DNA of 64,000 bases from the human T2T-CHM13v2.0 reference genome, Homo sapiens: the NCBI RefSeq assembly GCF_009914755.1, contig NC_060934.1; one strand, written 5' to 3'. The translations under genes and the position numbers were made by a program. Shown here piece by piece: positions 27,559 to 42,659 of the stretch. The notes beneath the pieces were generated by a model. That model saw nothing but the letters and a program-made list of their open reading frames with translations, was not told the DNA's origin and searched no databases. How positions within the stretch are numbered: position 1 is the stretch's first letter; each line of letters opens with the position of its first letter.

Positions 27559-28095
27559 CCCTCCCTCCTTCTGAGTCTCCGGTGTCCATTATACCACTCT
27601 CCGCCTTTGTGTAACCACAGCTTAGCTCCCACTTCTAAATGAGAACATGCAGTATTTGATTTCCCATTCCTGAGTTACTTCACTTAGTATAATGGCCTCC
27701 AGTTCCACCCAAGTTGCTGCAAAAGACATTATTTCATTCTTTTTTATGTTGAGTCGTATTCCATGGTATGTATATATGCCACATTTTCTTTTTCCTCTCA
27801 TCGATTGATGGTCATTCAGGTTGATTCTATATCTTTGCAATTATGAATTGTGCAGTGATAAACATACATGTATGGGTGTCTTTTTGAAATAATCTGTTTT
27901 CCTTTGGGTAGATACCCAGTTGTGAGATTGTTGGATCAAATGGTGTATCTATCTTTAGTTCCTTGAGAAATCACCATACTGTTTTCCATAGAGGTTATAC
28001 CAATTTACATTTCCACCAGCAGAGTATAAGCATTCCTTTTTCACCACATCTGTACCAACATCTTTTGATTTTTGACTTTTTAAGAAAATGACCAT

Positions 28096-28437
<342 letters not shown>

Positions 28438-29734
28438 TCATCATGGTTCGCGTTTCCCTGATCATCAGTGATGTTGAGCATTTTTTCATAGTTTGTTGGC
28501 CATTTGTATATCTTCTTTTGAGAATTGTCTGTTAACGTCCTTTGCCCACTTTTCGATGGTATTATTTGTTTCTTTCTTGCTGATTTGTTTGAGTTCTTTG
28601 TAGATTCTGGATATTAGTCCTTTGTCTGATGCACAGTTAGCAAATATTTTCTCCAATTCTGTAGGGTGTCTGTTTGCTCTGATGATTATTTCTTTTGCTG
28701 TGCAGAAGCTTTTTAGTTTAATTGGGTACAATTTATTTATTTTTGTTTTTGTTGCATTTGCTTTTGGGGTCTTCATCATGAATTACTTGCATAAGCCAAT
28801 GTTCAGAAGAGTTTTTCCTAGGTTTTCTTCTAAAATGTTTATGGTTTCAGGTCTTAGATTTAAGATTTTGATCCATCTTGAGTTAATTTTTGTATATGGT
28901 GAGAGATAGGGATCCAGTTTCATTCTTCTACATGTGGCTTTCTAATTTTTCCTGCAGTATTTATTGAATAGGGTGGCCTTTCCCCAGTTTGTTTTTGTAT
29001 GCTTTGTCAATGATCAGTTGGTTGTATTTGGCTTTGTTTCTGAGTTCTCTATTCTGTTCCATTGGTTTATGTGTCTACTTTTATGCCAGTTGCCAGGCTA
29101 TTTTGATTACTATAGCCTTATAGTAAATTTGAAGTCAGGTAATGTGAGGCCTTCAGATTTGTTCTTTTTATTCCTACACATTTTTTGGTAGCCATTATAA
29201 AAGGGATCAAGTTCTTGATTTGATTCTCAGCTTAGTCATTGTTGGTATATAGCAGTGCTACTGAATTGTGTACATTGATTTTATAACGTGAGACTTTGCT
29301 GAATTTATTTATCAAATCTAGGAGTCTTTTGGAGGAGTCATTAGTGTTTTCTAGGTATAAGATCATATCATTGGCAAACAGAGATTGTTTGACTTCCTCT
29401 TTTCCAATTTGGATGTCCTTTATTTCTTTCCCTTGCCGGATTGCTCTGGCTAGGAATTCCACTCGGCACTGCTTTAATCTCTTTCACATGAACTCACATG
29501 ATCAATCCCCACAATACCATATGAGGTTAATATGATTACTTGACACTCAAGCACAGATGATGTATTATTACTATCCCTAAGTTACAGACAATGCACAGCA
29601 AGATTTAATAACTTGCTAAATTTACCCAGCTAATTAGTAGAGAGCCATGACTGGAACCTGAAAATGTACTGGCTCTGAAAATGTACAAATTTACATCCAC
29701 ATCACCTGAAAAGACCTTTTTAGTTATGTGTATG

Positions 29735-30010
29735 GACTAAGGAAACATGCTGACCAAATTCATTGTAGGATTTTGGATTGGATCCTGGGACAGAAAAAGG
29801 ACAGTCGTAGAAAACTGAGGAAACCAAATGAAGTCACTACTTAGTTATGAGTATTGTACTTATGACACTTCCTTAGTTTTAACAAATATAGCACGGTTAT
29901 GTAAGATGGTCACATGAGAGGAAACAGGGTGAAAGGTATAGGGGAAATCTCTATACTCTCTTAGCATTATTTCTATAAAGTTTATGTTATTTTAAATAAG
30001 TGTTTTTTTA
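29735..30010 (+). mobile_element. L1MC-type 3' fragment
   Basis: ggattggatcctgggacagaaaaaggac...gttatgtaagatg. Confidence 0.65.
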
Positions 30011-31179
30011 AAAAGATCTGTATAATCATAGCTGCCAAGCATGACTACAATTTCAGAAAGATGCATCTGTGAGGGAAAATGCTCACTGGTTTTCAAATTC
30101 TGGTCTGTTCTTGTGCTTCACTAGCCTAACACCATGGCCCAGTGCCTAGCCACATCTCAACAACCAATTGATATTCCTGATATTTGAGAGGAATCTACAG
30201 ATTGAGACCATTTTGCAAGAGAAAGAATAAAAAACTAGCTCATCTTTTAATAAAATAATAGCAAATACCTCTGTTGCCAAAATATACTAGAAGCACTGAG
30301 CCTCCTCATATCCAAACTAAATGTTAGAATTCAAGAAAGAGTAAACAGTAAGTACTTTCCTTATTCTTCCAAGATGTTACCATTCTTTTTTAGATGTGTC
30401 TACCCTGCACCTGCCAAATGAATTATTGAATATATGAGGGTGACTCTAAGCCAGAGCTACTGATCAGTGAAATTAGGTGCAATGGGTGGAAGAGCTGCAC
30501 TGCTGCAAACTCCAGCAAATAACAACATCACTCAAAGCCTGAAAGATTCTGCTGTGAAAACATTACATTACCTAGATGTCTGGATGCATAAGGCTCAGGG
30601 GAAAGGTTACTTTAGGAGCCTCATGAAACTTCTATACGATGCTGAGTCTGTTGCTCACCAATGAAATAAGGAAGAAGTATGGCCTAACTATGGAACTAGA
30701 CTTTGTTTGTCAAGATGTTGTTACATCAAAGCCCACTCTCTAAAAAATAAAACCATGAAGTATTTTGTTATTTACCTTTTGAGAACTATCTAATTTCACA
30801 ATCTTATATTTAACCAACATGATAAGCAGACTCTAGAGACAAAGCAAATGTCATAAATGTGTGCACAACTCTAAAGTGGCAAATTATAACATCCAGCAGG
30901 GGTTAATGAAGGATTAACTGCATAGGGTTTCTCCTCAACTTTGTATAATCCTAAGAGACACTCTAGAGATCATAAGCCAAGCCCCTAGGAAAAAAAAATG
31001 TTGATGCATAACTGCTCATTTTGCTTTCAAATTAACACAGTTAAAGGCATATGTTTTGGTACAGAGTCCTGGATACCTGTGAGATGTCCTACAGCCAAGT
31101 ACAAGTATTTATTTTTATGTGAAGCTAAAGATTTCTTACTTGTAACATGCTATGTCAGTTATGAAAAGGTCTTAAATCA

Positions 31180-31965
<786 letters not shown>

Positions 31966-32792
31966 ATTTCTGTTGTCATGACAAAATTTGATATTCCTAG
32001 GATGCGTATTATAACAGTTTACTGAAAAACACAATTCAGTACAGCAAGGCTCTTGCTAGCCCCCTTCATGTAGCTTGAATTCCCAAGTTTCTTATCAAAA
32101 CCTGATGACCATTGTGTTGTTTTTTATTGTTTTCAGTTGTTGCTCCTTTCATTTTAAATGACAAATTAGTATTAGCTTTGTATCACTGCTATTGATTTAG
32201 TTTGTAGTCGTTTGCTTGGTGAACCCAATGGCATATAGTAAAGGATATTTGCATCAACAGTACTTTTGGCTTAAAGTTTTCCAATATCTAGATTTTATAA
32301 ATTGTGTATGTATCAGGAAGAAGTATATGAATTATCATATGCCTATTGCTAAGGCATATGTTTATTAATCTCTCAAAATATATTTGTTCAGTCGTACATC
32401 AATATTATCAATATATTTTCCAAAAAGTGGAACTTGGGTGAGGGCATGGTGCTGACAGGAGCCCAGCATCTGCTGCCTCTTGAAGGCTTGAAACCCGCTC
32501 CTGAAGGACACCACATTGAACCCCTGGCCACCAAGCTACCAATTTACCGTCACCGTCTGCACGGGGGATATGCTATCCACTCTGTCAAGAAATCTATGTT
32601 TTTGAAAGGGAAGGACTGGTTTTGACAAATTACCACAGGAAAAGCATTCCCCAAAGGAGGACCATAGAAACTTCTGTTTTCCTCTCTAAAGTTTTGTCTG
32701 TTCAAACTAGATGACAAACATGCTTCTAAAAAGCTTCTAAACCAAGAGCAAATATCATCCACCACTCCCACCAAAAATATCCAAAGCTATTA

Positions 32793-32875
32793 TTAGGTTG
32801 GTACAAAAGTAATTGTGAAATAATTTGTCATTACTTCCAATGGTGAAAGCCAGAATTACTTTTGCACCCACCTTG
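32793..32875. mobile_element. MADE1 (Hsmar1 MITE)
   Basis: ttaggttggtacaaaagtaattg ... aattacttttgcacccacct inverted termini, ~80 bp. Confidence 0.85.
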
Positions 32876-33809
32876 TACCAACAATCTATAAAATGTTAAA
32901 ATGGAAGGTATTGTAGGCTTTGTCTATTTAACCTCTTCATTTGTCAGTGAGAAAACTGAGGCTCTAGAGTTGTGACTTGTCCTTAATATAGTTCTATGTA
33001 TTTCCAAAGAAACAATTCCCATATAGTACATTCAAAATTAAGCTAGTAACTCCATCTTGCCAATGACACAATTAATCAAAGAGAAACATTCAACGTTTAG
33101 CAAGTCAATTCAAATATCTTAGTTGTGTCTCCACAAAATAAGGCTATTACACAAGAGCTATGGTTAAAGAACACTATTAACAAGTCCTTAGCATTGTAAT
33201 TCAACTAAATGCCTTATCCAAAAGTTTCCAACATTATTTTCCACTCGCATTCCCACCATTAGTCTAAATTTACCATTTACACCTGCTATCCCATTTACTG
33301 CAGGCAATTCCTTTAAATTGGAACTACTTCTGCCCTTCACTTATTCCTCAGAATTTTTTAATGCAAGAAGTGAAAAGTATAATACATTAAACCTAGAAAC
33401 TCAAATTTGAAAATCAAATGTTTTGGACTTTTTTTCTGATATTTCTCCCTGAGGAAACAGAAGTTATGATTTGTAAGTTTCTGATATGTTCCAAGACATG
33501 GTAATTTATTCAAGCAATTGTATCTATCTGTTACCTGTAGAGTTTCTTGACAACCAAGCCAATCCTGGAGCATCTGATTTATTGTAGGACCACAGCCTCC
33601 ACATTCATCCCATTCTCCATGACAATGCACTTTGAAGCGTTGGTTTTAAATTTAAAGCCTGTATTCCTAGAGACACTGTGTGTACCCACCTCCTCGCATT
33701 ATGAAGTCTTAGCAATGCCCAATTAAATGACAAGAACCAGCATCAGAGGCTGTCTTATAATCAGGCATTTCTTTGTTCAAATCCCACATATGCCAACCAT
33801 TTACCATGT

Positions 33810-34242
33810 TATATGGCAGATGCACCTGACAGCAATAATTTAACTAAGCATACCCTCAGAATGACCCCATGGTCTAAGAAGAATGTGTTAAGAGTTGTGA
33901 ACTAAGGAAAACAGGAGTGGCTGGCCCAGAGATTGATTCCTTACCTAAGAAGAACATCTGAACCCCTGGCTCATCCCATGGAACCCAGGCGGTACAGGGG
34001 ATTGAGGCCCTTTGTTTTGGGTTAAATGAAGGTTGCTAGGTGGAAGTTGCTAGAGGGAGGGTGCTAAGTGAAAGTGCTATATAAACTGCATGCTTTTTAC
34101 AAGGGGTTGCTGTTCTGCTGTCCAGCCCACCACCACCGGACTGCCCTGTATGCCCTAAGTCTCGGTTGCTGGGTCTCTTCTTTAGCATTTTGAACATGGT
34201 GCCATCTCTACTGAAGTCAATAGGGGTCCATCCAGCATAACA
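33810..34242 (+). mobile_element. Solo LTR (LTR47-like), inserted in a MIR
   Basis: ggcagatgcacctgacagcaataatttaactaagcataccctcagaatgacc; tatataaa TATA; TSD CATGT at 33805-33809 and 34243-34247. Confidence 0.7.
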
Positions 34243-34829
34243 CATGTAACCCCTCTCATCATCAATATCTTCACATATAAAATGGAATTAAAATTACCTA
34301 CTTGATAAAATTATTATTAGGATTGGAAATAACAAGCCAAAGTTGTCTTATAAGTGTCAGCATATATTATACACTCAATAGATGGAGTTTGGTAGCAGTG
34401 ACTGACTCAAATGTTGGTGAGACAGAGAAAGGGAAAGTGGTCAGAGGCTACTGGGATTCCTCCCTCCATGCTTACTTTTGGTACCTTTGACCATGCTAGC
34501 CACCATGGTGGAAATGCTAGCAGTTCCCAGCATGTCCACTTCCACTTTGCTTCAACCGGTATCTTGATAGGAATTAACTGCCCACAGATGAATCTGCTCT
34601 GTGGTCAGAAGCAGCACCCACTTCAATCCTACAAATAGGTTCTGTTTGATACAAATAAAACAAAGAGAAAGACTGTGGATCCTGCTATAAATAAATCAAT
34701 GACTATGACCGGGATCATGGCATGTCCATATTTCTATTCTGTTTCTAACACTTATCAAATTACCCCTGGAATAAGTCTCAGAAATTTTTCTTAGTGAGTA
34801 ACAGAGGAGCCCCGCACCACACTGGGGGA

Positions 34830-35140
34830 AACAGAGTGCTGCTAGGAGAATCTTTGGCTTCGGAATCAGAGATTGGCCCAATAATGACTCTACCACTTAG
34901 CAACTCTCAACTTAGTTTAGTGTTACTGACATTTTCTATGCTAGTATACCATACTGGCCTGTTATTTAACCAAGTTATTAAGATAGCAGGACTCCTTTAG
35001 TGCTGTTACTTATCTTCTCTGACCCTTCATGTCCTCCTCTATAAAATAAAGAGAACTGCCCTCATGTTTGTTGTATGAGGTAAATGAGATCATGTATGAA
35101 GCAATCAATATAGTATTGCCCTTGGTTTAATAATCATTAT
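34830..35140 (+). mobile_element. MIR
   Basis: ctttggcttcggaatcaga...ctctaccacttagc...aaatgagatcatgtatgaagc. Confidence 0.6.
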
Positions 35141-35177
35141 TTTGCTGTCCTTATTCAGTATTATAAAACTCTATCTT

Positions 35178-35561
<384 letters not shown>

Positions 35562-36046
35562 CTATTGTAGCTCTCCTAGCTCAGCATCATAGATTCCCCA
35601 CAGAGCTGGAAATCAGGAATGCTGACATTACAAACATTCTCCTGTGATATGCTGCAGCCAAGAAAAATGCCAGCCCATTTCCTGGATCACCCACAGGTCA
35701 GTATTCCACTAGCTCCATTCAACCTTTGCCACTAAGTCTATTTAATTGAAAACCTCAACATAGGAATCAAATGCATACTGTTAGTTATATGCTTCAATTA
35801 TCTATGAAGGCTTCTCATTTACCAAGGCCCACATATCCAGAGTCAACAAATATTTTTTCCTTATCTCAGAATAAGGCTAATTTCTCTAAAAATCTGGAGC
35901 ACCTGGGTGGTAGGGATATAGAAATAGAGACAGTTAAAAAGGTAATACAACCTCCATATTCATTTGACATGCAGTAACCAAAGACAAGTGTGTCCCAAAG
36001 TACTTTTCCAGGCTTGAGGTAGCCCCTTAAAAATGACTGAATTTCA

Positions 36047-36348
36047 AGCTACGTGTGATGGCTCACGCCTGTAATCACTTTGGGAGGCTGAAGTAGGAGA
36101 ATCACTTGAGCTCAGGAGTTTGAGACCAGCCTGGGCAACACGGCAAAAACCCATCTCTATAAAAAATACAAAACTTAGCTGGGTGTGGTGGCATCTACCT
36201 ATGGCCCCAGCTACTCAGGAGGCTGAGGTGGAAGGATGGCTTGAACCCAGGAGGTCAAGACTACAGTGAGCCAAAATGGCACCACTGCACTCCAGCCTAG
36301 GTGACAGAGTGAGACCCTATCTCAAAAAAAAAAAAAAAAAAAAAAAAA
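36047..36348 (+). mobile_element. AluJ
   Basis: ttgagctcaggagtttgagaccagcctgggcaaca; long poly-A. Confidence 0.93.
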
Positions 36349-36394
36349 GATTGGTGCTAAATTCACATTGATTAACTACTACTAATCGCAATAT

Positions 36395-36595
36395 TAATAA
36401 TAACATTTATGCAGTACTTACTATGTACTATGCTTTACTTATATTTATTCATTAAATCCTCACAACAATCCTAGGGCTATAGGTACTACTAACATCTCCA
36501 TTTTACTGACAAGGAAACTGAAGGAAAGACAGTTAAGCAATTCGCCAAGGATATACAGCTGGAATTTGAACCTTTTCCTTTACTATGTTGTACTG
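36395..36595 (-). mobile_element. MIR
   Basis: aatcctcacaacaatcct...ccattttactgacaaggaaactgaagg. Confidence 0.75.
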
Positions 36596-37769
36596 ACTCT
36601 CGAAGATCACAGGAAAAAAACATGAAAATAATTCTTTCAAGCTGGGCCTACATGGCACTGAAAAGCTGTTTAAAGAGTCATAGAATGCCACTGATTCCTC
36701 CACTCAACAGTCAAGGAATGTTTACTGAGCATATCCACTCTGCCAGGTGCTAGTTGTTTACAATCATTTCTGTTTAATCTTGCGTTAAACCCTGTCCCTG
36801 ATCATGGAGTAGACAGAGTGCTGTGTAGGCCTATACAATGGAACATCTGTGTCAGTACATCCTTCCATGAGTTCCCTTGGCAGTTGGTTTCACGTAATAT
36901 CGCTTTTTCTAAAATGCACTAACACAATATCCTATCCCCACCTCCGGCCCCCACCAACCTACCCAGCATTCTTGAGAGTATATGAGCTCTGGGTCAGGCA
37001 TGCTTGTCTAATTCCTTGACTTGTTACAAGATGATTGGAAGAGTATCGGGACAAAACTTAATGAACAGAAAATCACATATAATATAGAATCAATCAGCAA
37101 ATAACAGTAGTAATAGCAAGCTACACCTCCTTATGTCATCAAAAGCTAAATACTCCTTCAATTATAGCCATTCTGTTAACCTACACTTGGGAACATTATG
37201 ATAAGGCCTAGAGAATCATTCCTTCCTGACCAAAGATTATTCCTTTCATATGAATGGAAAATTGGATCCATACACTTCAGTCTGTCTTTCCCTGAATATT
37301 GGATTAAACACTGCCAGCTTCTGCATCATTGGAAATCTCCATTCTTTGAAGGCCTTTACTGGGTTTACAATGGCTGAAGGTAAGGAGGTCTTCTTGGTTG
37401 GGTTGCATCCTTTCTAATGCAGCCATATAACTCCATGTGGTTCTTCCAGCCATTCATTCACCCAATAATTACTGAGAACCTGGCAGAATCTGTGCTGGTG
37501 CTAGTGATCTCTACCCTTGAGGAGCTTACAGACTATTGGGAAATATAGAAATTAAACAATATAAATAAGTATAGAATGTAGTCATTCATTGTTTTCAGTA
37601 GTTCCAGGAGCCACAGAAAATCCTATCATTGTAACTGTCACATCTCTTGGATTCAGAGATTATTATAAACTTATCTACCCTCCCTTCATGTCCTATATTT
37701 TCTTTTACTAAAACTGCTGCAAATCTTCCATTTTCCCTCAGACCCACTCTCCATCTTCTCTACAAGCTT

Positions 37770-38195
37770 ATGTGTCTCAGGATGTGTAGAGAGGGTAACA
37801 GAAGGTTCCCTTGTCCTTGGCTTCCTGTTGGGCTCAGCCAAAGGGGTGTGCTGACCAGAGATTTTTTAAAAGGAAAATAGAGAGTAAGGTTGAGGTGTGT
37901 TTTTTTCATCAAATTCCTTTCTGTGGCATCATTGTGGGGTAAATACAACCTTCAACCAAAGACCACAGCCTCTGTCAGGCCACCCTCCCCACACAGCTCT
38001 CTTTCCCTATACCCTCTCCTATCCCTCACCCCTACTACAGGATCTAGTTACAAAACAGGCTCCTAGATTTTGCATTATCCTTTCAGTTTTTAGTAAATTT
38101 CCCCACAACTTTACAATTAGTCTTTTATTAGACTCTCCACAAATCACCCATTTCGAATGTGCCATCTGTTTCTTGCAAGGAGCCTGATTGATACA
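37770..38195. mobile_element. LTR33-like ERVL LTR
   Basis: tggcttcctgttgggctcagccaa; ends gtgccatctgtttcttgcaaggagcctgattgataca. Confidence 0.6.
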
Positions 38196-39871
38196 AATGC
38201 CTTGGATTTCTCCTTCATCATGGCTTTTTCCTGTACAAAGAATTATTTTTGATATTTTATGAAATATTTTGGGCCAATCAATAAACCTTTAATGAGAAAC
38301 CACTATATGCTTGACTGTCCAAAATGTGCTGCGGATACAAAGATGACCAAAACGTAAGATTTGCCCTGTAGGAACTGGGTCTAATGGTAGAAATAGGTAC
38401 ATAAATAGGATACCCTCAAACTTTATTATTAGAACTGCAACCATTTTTAAAAAGAAAGAAGCTGTTATTCACAATTACACCAGGATAATAGGCATAAACT
38501 ATAACAGTCCCAACTTCATCCTATACATCCTTATGTATAAGCAGATTATTGTATTATACAATAATGAGCACTTGGATTAATGTGAATGAGAGATCATAGG
38601 TGAGCAAAGGTGGGCCACCTAACTGACCCCTGAAGAGGATGTCAACAGAAGGCTTCTTGGAAGAGTCTTAAATCCATTCCCCAAAGACCCTCACTTGTCT
38701 CTAGCACCTCTTTGGCACATTGTCTCCTCTGCTAGAGACTCATTTTGACTAGAGCTAACTGCTTGAGAAATCAGGGCCAAATGCAGGCTTATTTAAACAA
38801 GAAAAAAAAATTTACTCTCTAACCTCAGAAACAAATATTTTTAAAAGTATGCATGTAAATATACACACAATGACAAACATTTGTGACTTGTATATACCTC
38901 AGTCCACAAATTTAGGAGTGTATACATTGTTAGTTTTTAAATTTTTTTAATTCCACTTGAGTCAATTCAGGTCGCCCTGAGACTTCTCAAGATTTTGAGG
39001 TGTGTGGGCATGTGGGTGCACAGAAATCTTACTGACAGTTACAGAACAACCAACAGAAAAGAGCAGTGGAGGAACTGACAAAACAGAATTGCTGCAACCT
39101 TTGCTTTGTGTGTTGGGACGAGGCTTCATCATACTAAGGGTGTAGAGACTTCTGGTCCCTGATGCTGTTGCCTGTCCATCATTGAGTGGTGTTTGATCTC
39201 CATGGGTCAGCTGTGATTTCCTTCCATTCCTAACTATGGGGAGTCCTCGTCCTCTCGCTCAGTCTCTGGACCATGTCTACTCCCCTGTCTCATTTGTGGC
39301 CATTATCTGGGGCTGGATGAGGGGAGGACAGGCAGGGCATGAGATTCCTTCTGTGGATCATATTGGTTTTGAAGTACTGGAAACTCCAACCAAAGTCAGG
39401 AGAATCTTTATCGTGACTGGGATGCTCTTATTTATTTTGTATTCTTCCAAATATTACCTTATGTGTCTGGGCCTATCACATTAAATCTCGAGACTCAAAG
39501 ATTTTTTTCTTTGTTATCATGACCTGTCTCATCAGTCCTTCAGTGAGAAAATTAAGACAGGCTGCTCAGCTGCCCAAGGTAAGGAAAGGTGGAAGTAACA
39601 AGTCTCCCCCAATGGTCAGGGAGAGGGGAAGGCATCCATCAATACTTACACATTTTCCCACCCAGATTCTTTGAGTGTGATCTATGTGCCAGGAACTGAA
39701 GACACAGAGCTGAATGTGAAAAAGTGCTCGCCCTCTGGAAGCTCAGAGCCTATTAAGGAATTGTGGAACCAAACAAATAATCATTGCCAAAGTAATAAGT
39801 GATTTCAGAGAAATACATTCCAGAAGACTAAAAAACTGGATTTAAAAAGTTATTTATGGATATATGAACAT

Positions 39872-40241
39872 TGATATGGTTTGGATTTGTGTCCCCACCC
39901 AAATCTCACATCGAATTGTAATCCCCAGTGTTGGAGGAAGGGCCTGATGGGAGGTGACTGGATCATGGGGATGGACTTCCCCCTTGCTGTTCTTGTGATT
40001 CTCAAGAGACCTGGTTGTTTAAAAGTATGTAGCACCTCCCCTGTGCTCTTCCTCCTGCTCCAGCCATGTAGGATGTGCCTCCTTCCTTTTGACCTTCCAC
40101 CATGAGTGGAAGTTTCCTGAGACCTCCCCAGCCATGCTTCCTGTACAGCCTGCAGAACCATGAGCCAATTAAACCTCTTTTCTTTTTAAATTTCCCAGTC
40201 TCAGGTAGTTCTTCATAGCAATGTGAGAATGGACTAATGCA
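39872..40241 (+). mobile_element. MSTA solo LTR
   Basis: tgatatggtttggatttgtgtccccacccaaatctc ... ggactaatgca; approximate TSD aaca(t/a). Confidence 0.9.
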
Positions 40242-41185
40242 AACAATAACTCTGCTCTCTCCCTGCTGATTTCTTGAAACTGAAGCCCATGAATTACCAG
40301 AGTAAGTTTTGTCCTAAACAGTCCATTAAACTGTTGAGTGGCAGCCATGTGCTTTGCAGGCATACGTAAGACTCAATTATTGGTCTGGCAATAATTGAGA
40401 TTTCCAGATTTGGCAAGACCTACCACACACAGTGTCACCAGCAGTTCTCAAACTTGATGATTTACTGCCTTGCTGGCCTTGAATAAGCATGTTCTAGATA
40501 AGATCAACTCATCCTGGCTTCTCTGTTGAGGAACAAGGATTCTGCTTCCGTAATCACTTTAAGATGGATACTCAACTCTCCAATATCTTCAAATAATACT
40601 TCACTTACCAAAGAATAGAGCTAGGAAAGCAACTTGAATATCTCTGCTGAGTTAATTAATAATGAAACTATTGTCAACATATGGGAGCAGTATTAGTCAG
40701 TGTACTGGGTGGGGAGAGATCTGAACTCTCAGTTTGGTCCATGCTATTCCATTTCTCTTACCAGTTCATTTTTGAACTGCTGCATTTTGAAGAGTGGTGA
40801 ATATGTGGTCATTTTCCCTTTCTCTCAGGAAAATCACTAAGGACTAATGTTATTCTGTTAGAAGGCTTCAACACACTCCGTGCTATAATAATTTGATATG
40901 GAACCTCAGAAGTGCACAAGTGGAGATTTGGCTACACTTTCAGATAGAGAATTTCTATTACCCAAGGCAATCTTTAGAATTAAATGCCCTATAGTCACCA
41001 ATTTATATACATAGATAGAATCTGCTCTCAGTCATAAAATGACAGTGGCAGCTTATCACCCATCTGATCAGTAAACCAGCCAGGCACCAGGCATGTATGA
41101 AGCTTCTGCGTATCAGACCAAAATATCTGGACATAAACTCCAAGGCAGCAGTACCTTAGATTTAGAACTGTGGTTTGATTTGAAC

Positions 41186-41482
41186 TTTTTTTTTTTAATT
41201 GAGACAGAATTTTGCTCTTTCACCCAGGCTGGAGTGAAGTGGCACAATCTCAGCTCGCTGCAATCTCCACTCTCCAGGTCCAAGCAATTCTCCTGCCTCA
41301 GCCTCTTCAATAGCTGGGATTACAGGTGCATGCCACCACACCTGGCTAATTTTTGTATTTTTAGTAGAGATGAGACTTCATCATGTTGGCCAGGCTGGTC
41401 CCAAACTCTTGACCTCAGGTGATTCTCCCGCCTCAGCATCCCAAAGTGCTAGGATTACAGGGGTGAGCCACTGTGCCCAGCC
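41186..41482 (-). mobile_element. AluS
   Basis: Full dimer; TSD tgaactttt. Confidence 0.95.
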
Positions 41483-41699
41483 TGAACTTTTAAATTCTTT
41501 TTATAAAAGAAAATTTATCTTTTTTACCCTCAGAAAACTTCAATAGATATCTGGCTAACTAAGAAATCTTACTAACAGATATAGAACAATGTGAGAGGAG
41601 CAGTGCAGGAACTGACAAAACAGAATTGCCGCAATCTTTGCTGACAAGTGAAATTTTAGAAAGGGTGCCCTCACCCTCACCTTTAAGTAGGTACAATTA

Positions 41700-42174
41700 C
41701 AGTTGACCCTTGAACTTTTTTTCAATGTAAGTTACACCTAGTATGCCAGCCTCTCCTGCCTCCCCTTCCACATCCTCCATCTCTGCCTGTGCCACCCTGG
41801 AGACAGCAAGACCAACACTTCCTCTTTCCCCTCCTCCTCAGCCCATCAACATGAAGACAGCAGGGACGAAGACCTTTATGATGATCCATTTCCACTTAAC
41901 AAATAGAAGATTTATTTTTTAGTCTCTATGATTTTTTAAATAACATTTCATTTCTCTATCTTACTTTAAGAATACAATATATAACACATATAATATACAA
42001 AACATGTGTTAATCAACTATTATTGGTAAAGTTTCTGGCCAACAGTAGGCTATTCATAGTTAAGTTTTTGAGGAGTCAAAAGTTATACATAGATTTTCGA
42101 CTGTACAGGGTTCAGCACCCCTAACCAACTCTCCCCCAACCCTCTCCCCACCCACATTCTTCAATGATCAACTA
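41700..42174. mobile_element. Tigger2a-like TcMar element
   Basis: TIRs cagttgacccttgaa / ttcaatgatcaacta; gaagacctttatgatgatccatttccacttaa core. Confidence 0.8.
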
Positions 42175-42659
42175 TGATCTACAAGCCTCTGCAAGCCTCA
42201 GGAGTGGAGGAAGTGAGAGGTATTTGCAACTATTGCAAAAGAAACAATAATCTAAAAAAGAAAAGAACTGGCTCTCTCCTTACTCACCCTTTGGCTCACT
42301 GTATAAATTTTTGATACCTGAGCACAAATGGTATTTTGAATATTGAGAGGGTTTATTTTGTGGTAATAGGATTTTCTAATAATGCCATTAAATATAAATT
42401 ATTAAATTACTGTAAGTTTGAAATGAATAGGAACAGCCTAAACTTATTGTTCTGTCTTCTGAATTGCTAGCATTCTCATCAGGCAAAAAGTTGACAAGGG
42501 CACTTGAATTTTATCCATACATATAAGTAGAGTTGTAAATATAGGATACAAAAATGAATCAGAGTCATGCAGGGGTAGAAAAAGGCCTGTGGTCATCAAA
42601 CCTTTGAAACATCTACTTATTATTAAAAGTACCATAAACAACTAGAAACATTATCTGGA

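Noticed and set aside
32545-32595. Possible minus-strand micro-exon (ag...gtaaat) in a CpG-containing patch
   Set aside because: Weak acceptor and no recognisable peptide.
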